Assembly (NCBI GenBank): GCA_964587545.1
Contig: CAZPLJ010000004.1
Span: 6,710-70,709, forward strand
Direction: 5' to 3'
DNA length: 64,000 nucleotides
DNA from: an uncultured Caulobacterales bacterium
GTDB taxonomy: Bacteria; Pseudomonadota; Alphaproteobacteria; Caulobacterales; Maricaulaceae
The notes under the pieces were generated by a model. It was not told the origin of the DNA. It saw only the letters and a list, made by a program, of their open reading frames with translations, and ran no database searches. The position numbers and the translations under genes are program-made. Positions within the stretch are counted from its first letter, which is position 1. The number at the start of each line of letters is the position of its first letter. This document shows positions 19,401 to 28,385 of this stretch, piece by piece.

Positions 19401-22338
19401 GCGAGAGGTTGACGACATCCCCGTTTGCATCCCAATGGGCGAAGTTCTGCTCATATTGTCCCGTATCAGACGGTCCTGTTGAGGCGGAGGCTGCGCTCAC
19501 ATCAATGCCGTCAAAAGCGAGATCATTGATGAGGATGTCAGGGGAGGCAAAGGCAGGGTCTTCATCAATCGCAATGGCGATATGATAGGCGCCTGTGTCT
19601 TGAATATGGTGATCTCTTGTGGCTTCAAAGACGGTTGCGCCAAAGCCTGTAAACTCGGCTGTGTTGGAGAAGTTCTGTGTCTTGAAACTATATTCAATAT
19701 AGGTGTTTGGATTATAGGTGGCCGGGATTTGGTCCGCGTTGAGGTTCAAATCAAAACTATTTACTTGGCCGCTGACCCCCGAAAATGTTGCGGGGTTGGC
19801 TGAGGCAATGAAGTTCGTTTGGTCAATGCCAGCATTAGGGCTGGTCCCGCCATTATCATTATAGGTCCAGCGTAAGCCAATATCCTGAAAAGGATTTGTC
19901 GCAGGCGTGGCTTCGCACATGCTGCTCGACAGCCCACCACCCGCAGGGAAAGCTGGCGGGACAATTGTTGTCCCTTTTTCAATTGTCAGCGAATAGTCCT
20001 CTACTTCTCCATCCGGTGCATCTGTTGAGACGTCAGACGCTGAAAAAGTCTCAGTCGTTAGGCGAATTCTTGCAAATGTGTCGCCAGAGACGAGGTCGGA
20101 TAATCCTGACCAATTAAGTTGAGCGCTGCTATCACCCGGATTTACAGATGTGGACGTAAACTCACCTGAGTCAAAATTACCATTTCCGTCAAAATCAATC
20201 CAAGCATAGAGGTTGGCGGGCACTGAGGCTGCATTGTTAACCGCCACGGTGACCGCATAATTTGTGTCTGTATCGGTCAGTGTTGCGAAGCTAGCTACGC
20301 CATCATCGGTATCTCCGGTGGCGTCGCCATTGGCCACTGAACCTGTGTCAGCGTCAATTGTTGATCCCAATGTGAGCTGTGAGAATGCTTTGTGTTGCGC
20401 CTGCGGAAAACCGGAAGCATCAGACAGATCATCAGGGGCACAATCATCAACTTGAAAGCCGTCAAGCACAACCGCAAACCCGGCCCGGCCAGAGGATCCT
20501 GTGCCAAGACGCTGCATAGATTGACGCCATGTGAAGCTTGTTTTGTTTTTAATGGTGAATTTCATCGCCTGACTTGGCAGGCTATTATCGTCAATTGTTC
20601 CATCGAAACGATCGATTACCCCGTCACTTGAGGCATCGATCGTGCTGGGCGCCGCAACGCTAAAGCCGTCATAATCGGCGCGGTTAAATCGAACCGTCTC
20701 TAAACGGCCCGTCCTTAAGTCTAAATCTCCAATTTCGCCCTGAAGGCTCACGGCAATTGGGCTTTGGTTGCTTGATCTGACAAAGCTCCATCTTATTTCC
20801 GCTTCACCATAGTCAGGTGTTGTTCCTTTAGGCAAATCCTGAAGTACCGTGCTGGCTTTATTGGTGCTGACCGAAATACTATCGAAATCTGTTCCGCCAA
20901 TCATATTTATAACGTCGACATTAATATCAACGCTCTCGCCAAGGTAGGTGAGGGCATTTGGATAGGTCCAGCTTCTATTCGCGCCCGCGCCTGTATCATT
21001 GGTAATCGAAGTTAAGTGAGCTTCAGCAAATCCGGGAGGATTTTCGCAAATAGCGGCTAGAGGCGGAAAAGAGGGGGCTTGACTGATCGTTAAAGCATAA
21101 TCTTCCACCTCGCCGTCAGGGGCGTCTGTAGAGGCGTCTGTCGCTGAGAGGCTTTCTGTTGTTAGGCGCAATCTTGCAAATGTGTCCCCTGCGACCAGGC
21201 CTGTTAGGCTTGACCAATTCAGCTGAACCGATTTATCGCCCGGATTTACCGTTGTTGATGAAAACTCTTCGCTGTCAAAACTTCCATTGTCATTAAAGTC
21301 GACCCAACCATAGACCGTGGCGTCAACTGAACTCGCATTATTAACATCGACAGTGAGGGAATAGCTGGTGTCATTTTCGTTTAAGGCTGGGAAACTCGAG
21401 ATGGCGTCATCCGTATCTCCTGTTGCATTACTATTTGCGACAGAGGCGCTGTCCGCATCGATTCCAGAGCCAAGTGTAAGCTGAGAAAAGGCGACATGAG
21501 AGGCTTCGGGATAAGTGCTCGCATCCGAGAGGTCTTGTCTGGCGCAATCATCAACCGTGAAAGGCGGGCCATTAATCCCAAAACCAGCTCGGCCGGATGA
21601 GCCTGTCCCAAAATTTGTGATGCGTTGACGCCAACGAATGGAGCTGCGGTTTTGTATTTGGAATTTTACCGCCATGCTATCCAGCCCGCTGGCTTCAATT
21701 GTTCCATCAAACTGATCTGTAATACCGTCACTGCTGGCATTAATTGTCGTATCGGACGTTAGGCTATGTCCGTCATAATCGGCCTTGTCGATAAAGAGTG
21801 TCTCTATTCGGCCCGTACCGTCTGTATCAGGTCCATCTATATCGGAAAATTCGAATTCGCTGCTAATCGCGATAGGGCTTCCGTCCTGACGTAGGAAATC
21901 CCATCGTATTTCGGCTGTTGTTGTCGCGCCTTGCGTGCCTTTACCAAAGCCCCACATCACGGTGCTAGCTGTCGCGTTTCCATTTTTGGTGCCATTCTCG
22001 ATTGATTCTAGATGAGGTGTGTTAGTTGGGAAAAGAGGCGTTGCTCCTACACTGTCTAAGGCTACAAGGGTTGCGCGAATATCGACGTCTTCACCGAAAT
22101 ATTTAATAGCGTTTTCATACATCCAGGTTCGACCAACGCCGGATCCCGTTAAATTGCTCGGATCCTGGAAATTGAAGTCAACAAATCCGGGTGGATTTGG
22201 GCATGTAGAAGGTAAAGCATTGGTTTGAGCTTGTGCCGAACTTGCAAAGCTAATATACGCCAAAAAACCAAGGAATATTCGAAAAGATATGGCCCAAGTT
22301 TGATTTAGGTGTTGATATTTATTGTCATTACGCACCAC
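16459..22338 (-). CDS. giant modular secreted/surface protein (1959 aa) with GEVED-motif domains and DUF11/DUF7507-like repeats
   Basis: GTG start with SD GGAGAG and a Sec signal (FASSAQAQ). It has 2 Cys-bounded A modules each followed by a ...DAPDGEVEDY domain, then 3 B modules (2 identical). It ends with TYTYTV[ET]N[TD]G repeats. Confidence 0.8.
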   Translation of the reverse strand: MVRNDNKYQHLNQTWAISFRIFLGFLAYISFASSAQAQTNALPSTCPNPPGFVDFNFQDPSNLTGSGVGRTWMYENAIKYFGEDVDIRATLVALDSVGATPLFPTNTPHLESIENGTKNGNATASTVMWGFGKGTQGATTTAEIRWDFLRQDGSPIAISSEFEFSDIDGPDTDGTGRIETLFIDKADYDGHSLTSDTTINASSDGITDQFDGTIEASGLDSMAVKFQIQNRSSIRWRQRITNFGTGSSGRAGFGINGPPFTVDDCARQDLSDASTYPEASHVAFSQLTLGSGIDADSASVANSNATGDTDDAISSFPALNENDTSYSLTVDVNNASSVDATVYGWVDFNDNGSFDSEEFSSTTVNPGDKSVQLNWSSLTGLVAGDTFARLRLTTESLSATDASTDAPDGEVEDYALTISQAPSFPPLAAICENPPGFAEAHLTSITNDTGAGANRSWTYPNALTYLGESVDINVDVINMIGGTDFDSISVSTNKASTVLQDLPKGTTPDYGEAEIRWSFVRSSNQSPIAVSLQGEIGDLDLRTGRLETVRFNRADYDGFSVAAPSTIDASSDGVIDRFDGTIDDNSLPSQAMKFTIKNKTSFTWRQSMQRLGTGSSGRAGFAVVLDGFQVDDCAPDDLSDASGFPQAQHKAFSQLTLGSTIDADTGSVANGDATGDTDDGVASFATLTDTDTNYAVTVAVNNAASVPANLYAWIDFDGNGNFDSGEFTSTSVNPGDSSAQLNWSGLSDLVSGDTFARIRLTTETFSASDVSTDAPDGEVEDYSLTIEKGTTIVPPAFPAGGGLSSSMCEATPATNPFQDIGLRWTYNDNGGTSPNAGIDQTNFIASANPATFSGVSGQVNSFDLNLNADQIPATYNPNTYIEYSFKTQNFSNTAEFTGFGATVFEATRDHHIQDTGAYHIAIAIDEDPAFASPDILINDLAFDGIDVSAASASTGPSDTGQYEQNFAHWDANGDVVNLSPNTSYKLRVFPYGVTRSGKDNNQPFSNVVIFDDFMPKLKSCTPPGADLVTQKTLASTDATPAVGDTVTYDITVTNNGPIEATNVSLTDLLPEGLTATKLNGQVTDGKYDQSSGLWSLGNLANGASATLTLEGIVDEGQGGRTIENTLASPASGDQNDPTTDGDDLTESVTVEAASIPPAFPAGGGLSSSMCEATPATNPFQDIGLRWTYNDNGGTSPNAGIDQTNFIASANPATFSGVSGQVNSFDLNLNADQIPATYNPNTYIEYSFKTQNFSNTAEFTGFGATVFEATRDHHIQDTGAYHIAIAIDEDPAFASPDILINDLAFDGIDVSAASASTGPSDTGQYEQNFAHWDANGDVVNLSPNTSYKLRVFPYGVTRSGKDNNQPFSNVVIFDDFMPKLKSCEDDSTPIVAENDNFTKSVTLPGGRTTSVFANDTLNNEAFEATSVIPSITDAAGLDGLVINEDGTLTIPKTATNGTYEISYQICEAANDTNCATATATIRVETPPAPPAFPNGPGLNASVCEASPPSQPFADIGFRWLYNDNGGTSPNITIDNGNIISSGTPASFNGLSAQVNNFDLNINADDIPATYDPSVFMEYQFKTNDFSDKAELTGAGWTVFEHQNSNDQQATGAYRVAILVDDDDDFSSPIVWYSDQKFDGTDVSAASANQGQSYTGTYLQDFAHWDPNGSTVELSPNTSYKMRVYPYDVTEFGDDNNQPYTNVVLWDDFTPKIITCEELSSNPAMTLTKVADNDTDRTVGDIITYTYTVENTGDVIINDITIDDQHTSSAGTSTLLVSSETGDANNSTNSNDTTANDGSWDVLAPGDIVTFTSSYTVTYDDLLEGNDITNSAMANGSPADGTLTPPTADESVSLEEVAPQLTMTKVADNDTNRAVGDVITYTYTVTNDGNVAVNDIAITDTHNGSDPAPTPTDETLETDTAPAGDSTDATPNDGNWDVLAPGDSVTFTGTYTVTADDAANL
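18193..18875. repeat. exact 683-bp direct repeat, copy 1 (inside the adhesin gene)
   Basis: I compared it line by line with 19279-19961 (offset 1086 bp) and saw no mismatch. The boundaries are set by the first flanking mismatches. Confidence 0.85.
19279..19961. repeat. exact 683-bp direct repeat, copy 2
   Basis: Identical to 18193-18875. The antisense track ORFs are also identical (18411-18611 = 19497-19697). Confidence 0.85.
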
Positions 22339-22595
22339 AACTCTCCATTACATATAAATGGATTGCTACTTTAATAATATAAATTAATGGTGTATAGTTA
22401 TAATTAATTGATAATTATAGTAGTATTGTTATATACTGAAAATTAACCATAATTTTGGAGTGATCCGTCTGAATTTGGTGATTGCGAATTATAAGCGGTA
22501 GTAATTTGGAGCCAAAAACCGTCCACAGATCGTTATGAACAATCTGTCGTGTCAACAGGGTCTAGTCGCGAGTATTAGTCTTTGACTGGTTTTAT

Positions 22596-25500
22596 TTATA
22601 GATTTGCCGCGTCCGCAGCTGTGACGACATAAGTGCCGGTAAAGGTCACGCTGTCTCCGGGCGATAACACATCCCAGTTGCCATCATTTGGCGTGCCGTC
22701 TGTTGAATCACCCGCTGGAGCAGCATCCGTTAACAACGTCTCGCCAATTGGGGTCGGTGCTGGATCAGAGCCGTTATGTGTATCTGTGATGGCGATGTCG
22801 TTCACGGCAACATTGCCATTATTCGTCACGGTATAGGTATAAGTGATGACATCTCCGACAGCGCGATTCGTATCGTTATCCGCGACTTTTGTCATCGATA
22901 GAGACGGCGTAGCAGGGTCGATCGCTGTTGTTACCGTATCTGTGACAGAGGTTGAGACTTCGTTTGATTCCGCACTTGCTGTATTGACGAGGTTGCCACC
23001 CGCATCGCCCGTATCATTTGCTTGGACGACATATGTCCCGGTGAGGGTACAGGTGGCACCGACAGCGACAGTGGCACATGTGTTGGAGCTCGGCGTGATC
23101 AGATTATCTGTAACGACCACATTAGTCTGGTCTACATTACCATCATTGGTCACCGTGATTGTGTAGGTGAGGGTATCCCCGATAGAGACCGTGCCGGAAC
23201 CGTCTTCATCGGCATTGGTGGGTGCAGACTTAACAATGTCTAAGCTTGGCGCGGCGGCTACCACAGGCGTTGTCACTGTATCGGTAACAGGTGTTGTCAC
23301 CTCATCAGACTGAGCGGAGGCCGTGTTAACGACGTTACCGCCCGCATCAGTCATAGTAACCACATAATCGCCTGTGAGAGTACAGGTGGCACCCGGCGCT
23401 AAGGTAGCGCAAGTTATTGTTGTCGGCGTAATGAGCGGATCAGAGACAGTCACATTATTCTGTGTTGTATTGCCCGTATTAGTCGCCGTAATCGTATATG
23501 TCAGCGTATCTCCGATAGACACAGAGCTGTTGCCGTCCTCATCAGCATTAGAAGGAGCTGGCTTATCAATTTCGAGGCTTGGCGCCGCGGTTTCAACAGT
23601 AACGCTCTCGTCTGCTGTGATTGGGTTGGGGCCGAAAGCACCAGTGGCAGGCGTCCCTGTTACTGTTGCAATATTGGTAATCGGATTGCCTGAGTCCACA
23701 TCAGCCTGAGTAACCGTATATGTCGACGTGAAAGTGATGATGTCGCTGGGAGCGAGGAGATCCCATGAACCGTCATTGGCTGTTGCGTCCGTAGAATTTG
23801 CACTATTGCCCGCATCACCTGTTTCGCCGGAAACGGGGAGGGTGGATGTGCCCGCCGATGTGGTATGCTGGTCATTTATCGAGATAGTATTGATGTTTAC
23901 ACTACCCGTATTTTCAACGGTATATGTATAGGTAATAATATCACCCACGGCCCGGTTTGTATCGTTATCGGCGACTTTGGCCAGGGTCATCTCCGGTTCA
24001 GGACATGTGAGGCCTGAAATATTCGTACCGCCGTAATTTGCGGATGGATCGAAAAGTACGCCATTTAAGAACGCTATCCCATCGGCAGGGTAGGTAAAGT
24101 TTAAGGTTAAATTGTTGAATGTACCAAATACCCAACCATCATCTGTTGCTCCGACACCGGGCGCATTGGCTATAACGGTGCCCGAGCTATCCTCAATCCA
24201 CGCGGTAATATTATCCGCGCCACCGGCAGATTCAAAGGTGATGCTGTCAGATGCGCCGGGAATGCCTTCCAGACGGTAGATAGTCCGATGATATTCAGAA
24301 ACATAGGGGGGTGTTGCGTTGTTATGTGGTTCTAAGTTAACGCGTGCTGGGTTGCCTGATGTTGCGTTATCAATGTGATCAGCTGCGCCATAAAAGCTAA
24401 CAATCTTGCCGCTGGCGTCGCGGGTGAGGCCTGCATATTGATAAGGGTCTCTTTGCGGATCGCCTGATCCAAAGTTTATGTTGGCATTCGCGAATGGCCC
24501 GCCAGGAGTCGACCAGCCCGCATGAGAATAGGCGCCGCAGGTTTGAGGGTTTTGGATGGTATCCGCAGGCAGTGATGCAACTGTTACCGTCTCATTTGCC
24601 GTCGGATCAGTGAGGGTTCCACTCTCAGGTGTGCCTGTTGCTGTCGCTATATTGGTTATGTCTGTGCCTGCGGCTATATCGGCAGCGGTTACAAGGTAGG
24701 TCGATGTAAAGGTAACAGTGTCCCCCGGTGCGAGCACATCCCACGATCCATCACTCGCCGTGGCATCAGAAGAGTTGGCACTATTGCCGACATCGCCTGT
24801 TTCGCCAGAGACAGGTAGGGTAGACGTGCCGGCAGACGTTGTGTGCTGATCGCTTATTGTGACATCTTCAATGTTTACATCACCTGTGTTCTCAACGGTA
24901 TAAGTATAGGTAATGGTGTCGCCAGCTACCCGATTTGTATCGTTATCAGCGACCTTTGAAAGAGACATGTCCGGGTTTGACGCGGAGGGATGACATTGTG
25001 TGTCGTAAATCACACCATCGGTCCGAACACCGCTCGCCTGATGTAAAACCTGTAAAAATCTTGCGCCGCCCGCCGGAACTGTAAAGTCATCATAGCGAAT
25101 AACATTGCTTGTCCATGCTCCGTAAACAGAACCGCCATTACCTGTCGTGCCGAGGCTGGTATAAGTTACACCATCAGCGGACATCAAAATTTCTGCGCGT
25201 CCTTGAGTTCCAAAATGCGAAGATAAAGCTATCTCTATAACTTCTCCTTCCGGGACCAGGATGGCAGGGTCTCCCGTCAAATCCATGGTTATAGGACCAA
25301 AAAATGTGACTGCGCTATTAAAGAGAGTTGTACCTTCAGCCACCGGAGCACCAACGGCGAGTGCCGGTTGGTTGCCGCCTGTAGCTGAGAGGACATGATA
25401 TGTTCCCGGAACGGTTGATGTTCCGACGGGGCAGAAGGTCCCTCCCGGACCGCTAACTTGGACGGGAATAGTTTCTTCCACAGTTGAGCAGTTCGTTGGA

Positions 25501-26339
25501 TCTGAGTTTTCGCAAATTTGGTATTCGACGGTGTAAAAACCTGTCGGCGTCGCTGGATTAACTGTGATTATTCCGGTGAGAGGATTGAGCGCAACATTGG
25601 GTGAGCTTGAGTTTAAGACGGTTATGCTTACATCGCTCAGTGTGGCTGGCCCGTTATCATAGGTATCAGATATAAGAACTGAGGGGGTCGCGCCACCCGC
25701 GTTCCCATCTATGGGTGAGAAGCTTTCAGAAACAGCAGTGATCTCTGTGGCTGGAGGCGGGAAGGCAGTGACAACGAAATTATCATAACCGACAGATTCA
25801 TCATCCTCATTTTGATTCAAGTTGCCAAAGAGAGTAAGCGTAGTTGAGGACCCTGGGTTATTTACGATAACTTCAAAAGCGAAAATTTGCTCTCTCCAGA
25901 AATCTTGCGTGCCCATATTAAATGCAAATTGTTCAGGTCCTCTTGTTCGTGTGTAAGACCATTCAATATTTCCATTAACGCCGGAGCCGTTCGCTGCGTT
26001 AAATGTGAAGGGGAAAGTCGTACCATTGACAACCAATTCAAATCGATCCGTGAGATGAACATCCCAGCTATCAAATCTGTATAAGTCGAAGGCAATTTCC
26101 AAGCTATCAGAGCCTGCCGGTACCACGAAAGTTCGGGATGTTGTAGTATTGCCGACAGCAAATCTTCCAAGAAAATTAGTCGTGTCGTTATCATAATCTG
26201 TATCATTGACGGTCCAGCCAGATACTGCACCTTCAAAATCATCCTGATAGATGATTGTCTGGGCGTACGTAGCTTGACTTAGAAGCACGACCAACAAGAA
26301 GGAAAGGATGGAAACTAAATGTTTCACATTAAAACACAC
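22596..26339 (-). CDS. giant secreted/surface protein (1247 aa), paralog of 16459-22338
   Basis: Signal peptide (LLSQATYAQ) and multiple TYTYTVENTG / TYTITATNTG repeats. Its C-terminal ~100 aa are nearly identical to the other giant gene. Start is GTG 26339 or 26327. Confidence 0.8.
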   Translation of the reverse strand: MCFNVKHLVSILSFLLVVLLSQATYAQTIIYQDDFEGAVSGWTVNDTDYDNDTTNFLGRFAVGNTTTSRTFVVPAGSDSLEIAFDLYRFDSWDVHLTDRFELVVNGTTFPFTFNAANGSGVNGNIEWSYTRTRGPEQFAFNMGTQDFWREQIFAFEVIVNNPGSSTTLTLFGNLNQNEDDESVGYDNFVVTAFPPPATEITAVSESFSPIDGNAGGATPSVLISDTYDNGPATLSDVSITVLNSSSPNVALNPLTGIITVNPATPTGFYTVEYQICENSDPTNCSTVEETIPVQVSGPGGTFCPVGTSTVPGTYHVLSATGGNQPALAVGAPVAEGTTLFNSAVTFFGPITMDLTGDPAILVPEGEVIEIALSSHFGTQGRAEILMSADGVTYTSLGTTGNGGSVYGAWTSNVIRYDDFTVPAGGARFLQVLHQASGVRTDGVIYDTQCHPSASNPDMSLSKVADNDTNRVAGDTITYTYTVENTGDVNIEDVTISDQHTTSAGTSTLPVSGETGDVGNSANSSDATASDGSWDVLAPGDTVTFTSTYLVTAADIAAGTDITNIATATGTPESGTLTDPTANETVTVASLPADTIQNPQTCGAYSHAGWSTPGGPFANANINFGSGDPQRDPYQYAGLTRDASGKIVSFYGAADHIDNATSGNPARVNLEPHNNATPPYVSEYHRTIYRLEGIPGASDSITFESAGGADNITAWIEDSSGTVIANAPGVGATDDGWVFGTFNNLTLNFTYPADGIAFLNGVLFDPSANYGGTNISGLTCPEPEMTLAKVADNDTNRAVGDIITYTYTVENTGSVNINTISINDQHTTSAGTSTLPVSGETGDAGNSANSTDATANDGSWDLLAPSDIITFTSTYTVTQADVDSGNPITNIATVTGTPATGAFGPNPITADESVTVETAAPSLEIDKPAPSNADEDGNSSVSIGDTLTYTITATNTGNTTQNNVTVSDPLITPTTITCATLAPGATCTLTGDYVVTMTDAGGNVVNTASAQSDEVTTPVTDTVTTPVVAAAPSLDIVKSAPTNADEDGSGTVSIGDTLTYTITVTNDGNVDQTNVVVTDNLITPSSNTCATVAVGATCTLTGTYVVQANDTGDAGGNLVNTASAESNEVSTSVTDTVTTAIDPATPSLSMTKVADNDTNRAVGDVITYTYTVTNNGNVAVNDIAITDTHNGSDPAPTPIGETLLTDAAPAGDSTDGTPNDGNWDVLSPGDSVTFTGTYVVTAADAANL

Positions 26340-26494
26340 TTTTATAGACCCAATTTAGATGTTCTAGCGTATATATAAAGCCTTTATTTCACGTTAATTG
26401 CCGCACATGCCTGATCGGGTCCGGCAGGTTTGTTCATCTAGGGTTAATGTATGGACAATTTCATGAGTCCAATTGAGAGCCCATGGCCGATGAT

Positions 26495-26539
26495 TTATAG
26501 GTTCGCAGCATCAGCCGCGGTGAGAGTATATGTACCTGT
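26495..26539 (-). pseudogene. orphan 3'-terminal relic of a third adhesin paralog
   Basis: The minus-strand translation TGTYTLTAADAANL-stop matches the last 14-15 codons of both giant genes (FTGTYTVTADDAANL and FTGTYVVTAADAANL). Homology is lost upstream. Confidence 0.45.
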
Positions 26540-26731
26540 GCATTTAGCCATTAAGCTTGATAATTTTTGTTGAGTTTTTACCGGTGGTCGGCGCATTTTA
26601 AATATCCCATTTCTATGCCGTCAGACCCGCCGTTCCTGACATTGCAAACGGTAGGACGGGTCAAAATTATTAAAAACGATATGACCAGATTACGAGTTGA
26701 CGTGAAGTTAACTTAAGCTCAGTCAGCTTGA

Positions 26732-27730
26732 ATGAAATTTAGTCTTCGCAGTATAAGTGCCGCGCCTATCCTTAGCGAGGGAACTACTGGCCGTGCCGAT
26801 ATTTGGGGGTATATATTTGCGCTCATTGGGACAGCCTTTTTTGCCATGAAGGCGATTTTCGTAAAATTAGCCTATCTACCAAGTTCCGACGTGACGGTTG
26901 ACGGTGTTGAACCTGTGACACTGCTAGCGTTGCGTATGGGGTTTGCTCTGCCCGTTTATATTCTGATTTTGCTATTTGCGCTCCGCAAATATAAATCCGT
27001 CAACGGTCATAACCCGTCGTTGGGCCTGTTTATCAAAGCCGCCGCTTTGGGCGCCTTGGGCTATTATATTTGTGCCTATTTAGACTTTACAGGCCTTGTT
27101 TATATTACGGCGCAACTTGAACGCATGTTGCTGTTTACCTATCCGGCTTTTGTTATAATTTTAGGGGCAATATTTTTTGGAGGACGGATTACCAAGATAG
27201 GCATTGTTTCCGTCTTAATTGCCTATTCCGGCCTTGCTATTATTTATCTCGGGGGCGAGATTGCTGTGGGCGAAAATGTGATTTTGGGATCATGCCTCAT
27301 TATTGGGTGCGCGATATTTTTTGCGCTTTTCCAGCTCATGGCTAAATCTCAAATCAATAGTCTCGGTGGAATTTTATTTACCTGTATTGCGATGCTAGGT
27401 GCCACGACCTCGATCTTCATTCATTTCCTATATTCTAGCCTCACCCATGAGGGGATCATAGCCGCTCTAAATCTACCCGCACGTATTTTTCTCATCGGTG
27501 CGCTGATTGCATTCCTATCCACGCTTATTCCTTCATTTTGTGTCAATATCGCTATCGGTCGAGTAGGGGCGCAAGCTGTTGCAACCATAGGCATGCTAAG
27601 TCCGGCGGTAACGATTGTCATGGCCGTTTGGTTGTTAGGCGAGCCATTTGGTTGGCTTGACGGGGTCGGGACAGCTCTGACCATGTTAGGTATTGGGTTT
27701 TATACATGGCATGATCGCCGCCAAACCTAG
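26732..27730 (+). CDS. DMT superfamily (EamA-like) transporter
   Basis: 332 aa with about 10 predicted TM segments and a two-halves EamA-like organisation. Confidence 0.75.
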   Translation: MKFSLRSISAAPILSEGTTGRADIWGYIFALIGTAFFAMKAIFVKLAYLPSSDVTVDGVEPVTLLALRMGFALPVYILILLFALRKYKSVNGHNPSLGLFIKAAALGALGYYICAYLDFTGLVYITAQLERMLLFTYPAFVIILGAIFFGGRITKIGIVSVLIAYSGLAIIYLGGEIAVGENVILGSCLIIGCAIFFALFQLMAKSQINSLGGILFTCIAMLGATTSIFIHFLYSSLTHEGIIAALNLPARIFLIGALIAFLSTLIPSFCVNIAIGRVGAQAVATIGMLSPAVTIVMAVWLLGEPFGWLDGVGTALTMLGIGFYTWHDRRQT

Positions 27731-27869
27731 CTTAGCTTCGATTTAACGGTTTAATAGGAATTGAACCCTAACTGTCATTTTTCGTCTCCCAGCTGCATAA
27801 GGGCTTAAACTTATGACGGGAATTACTATATAGGATTCGTCATCAACCTAACCTAACAGGACATTAGAC

Positions 27870-28268
27870 ATGGATTTAAAAAGCATAGCTGTCGGTATGA
27901 TAGCAAAAAAATTGGGCGGTAATAACGCAGCTATCGGGAGTGTACTTGGCAGTCTCATGGGCGGCGGAGGCCAAGGCGGACTTGATGTCGGCAGTCTTGT
28001 TAATGGACTAAAAGCAAAAGGAATGGGCGATATTGCTGAATCGTGGTTGGGCGATGGCGACAATGCTGATATCTCTCCAGACCAGCTCAAAGAGGTTTTG
28101 GGTAGCGAGAAAATTACAGAGGCAGCGGCTGAGCTAGGAACGGATGAAGATTCTCTTCTTGCCGGGCTAAAGGATGCGCTTCCTGGTCTTGTCGATAAAT
28201 CAAGCAGCGGTGGGTCATTGCTTGACGCAGCTGGCGGACTAGGCGGACTTGCCAAGAAATTATTCTAG
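27870..28268 (+). CDS. YidB/DUF937 family protein
   Basis: 132 aa Gly-rich protein with the motif SWLGDGDNADISPDQLKEVLGSEKI...LAGLKDALPGLVDK typical of YidB-like proteins. Confidence 0.65.
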   Translation: MDLKSIAVGMIAKKLGGNNAAIGSVLGSLMGGGGQGGLDVGSLVNGLKAKGMGDIAESWLGDGDNADISPDQLKEVLGSEKITEAAAELGTDEDSLLAGLKDALPGLVDKSSSGGSLLDAAGGLGGLAKKLF

Positions 28269-28293
28269 GTTACCCATATAAAAGTATTTGGAA

Positions 28294-28319
28294 GCGTGCT
28301 CAGTGAGCGCGCTTTTTTT
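28294..28319 (+). terminator. rho-independent terminator
   Basis: GCGTGCTC-AGT-GAGCGCGC stem followed by TTTTTTT, located 25 nt after the stop. Confidence 0.6.
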
Positions 28320-28385
28320 ATGAAAAGTTGTCGCGCGGCTTAATGGACACTGATGTTGGGAGCCAAAACATGCAACGCCATTTCT

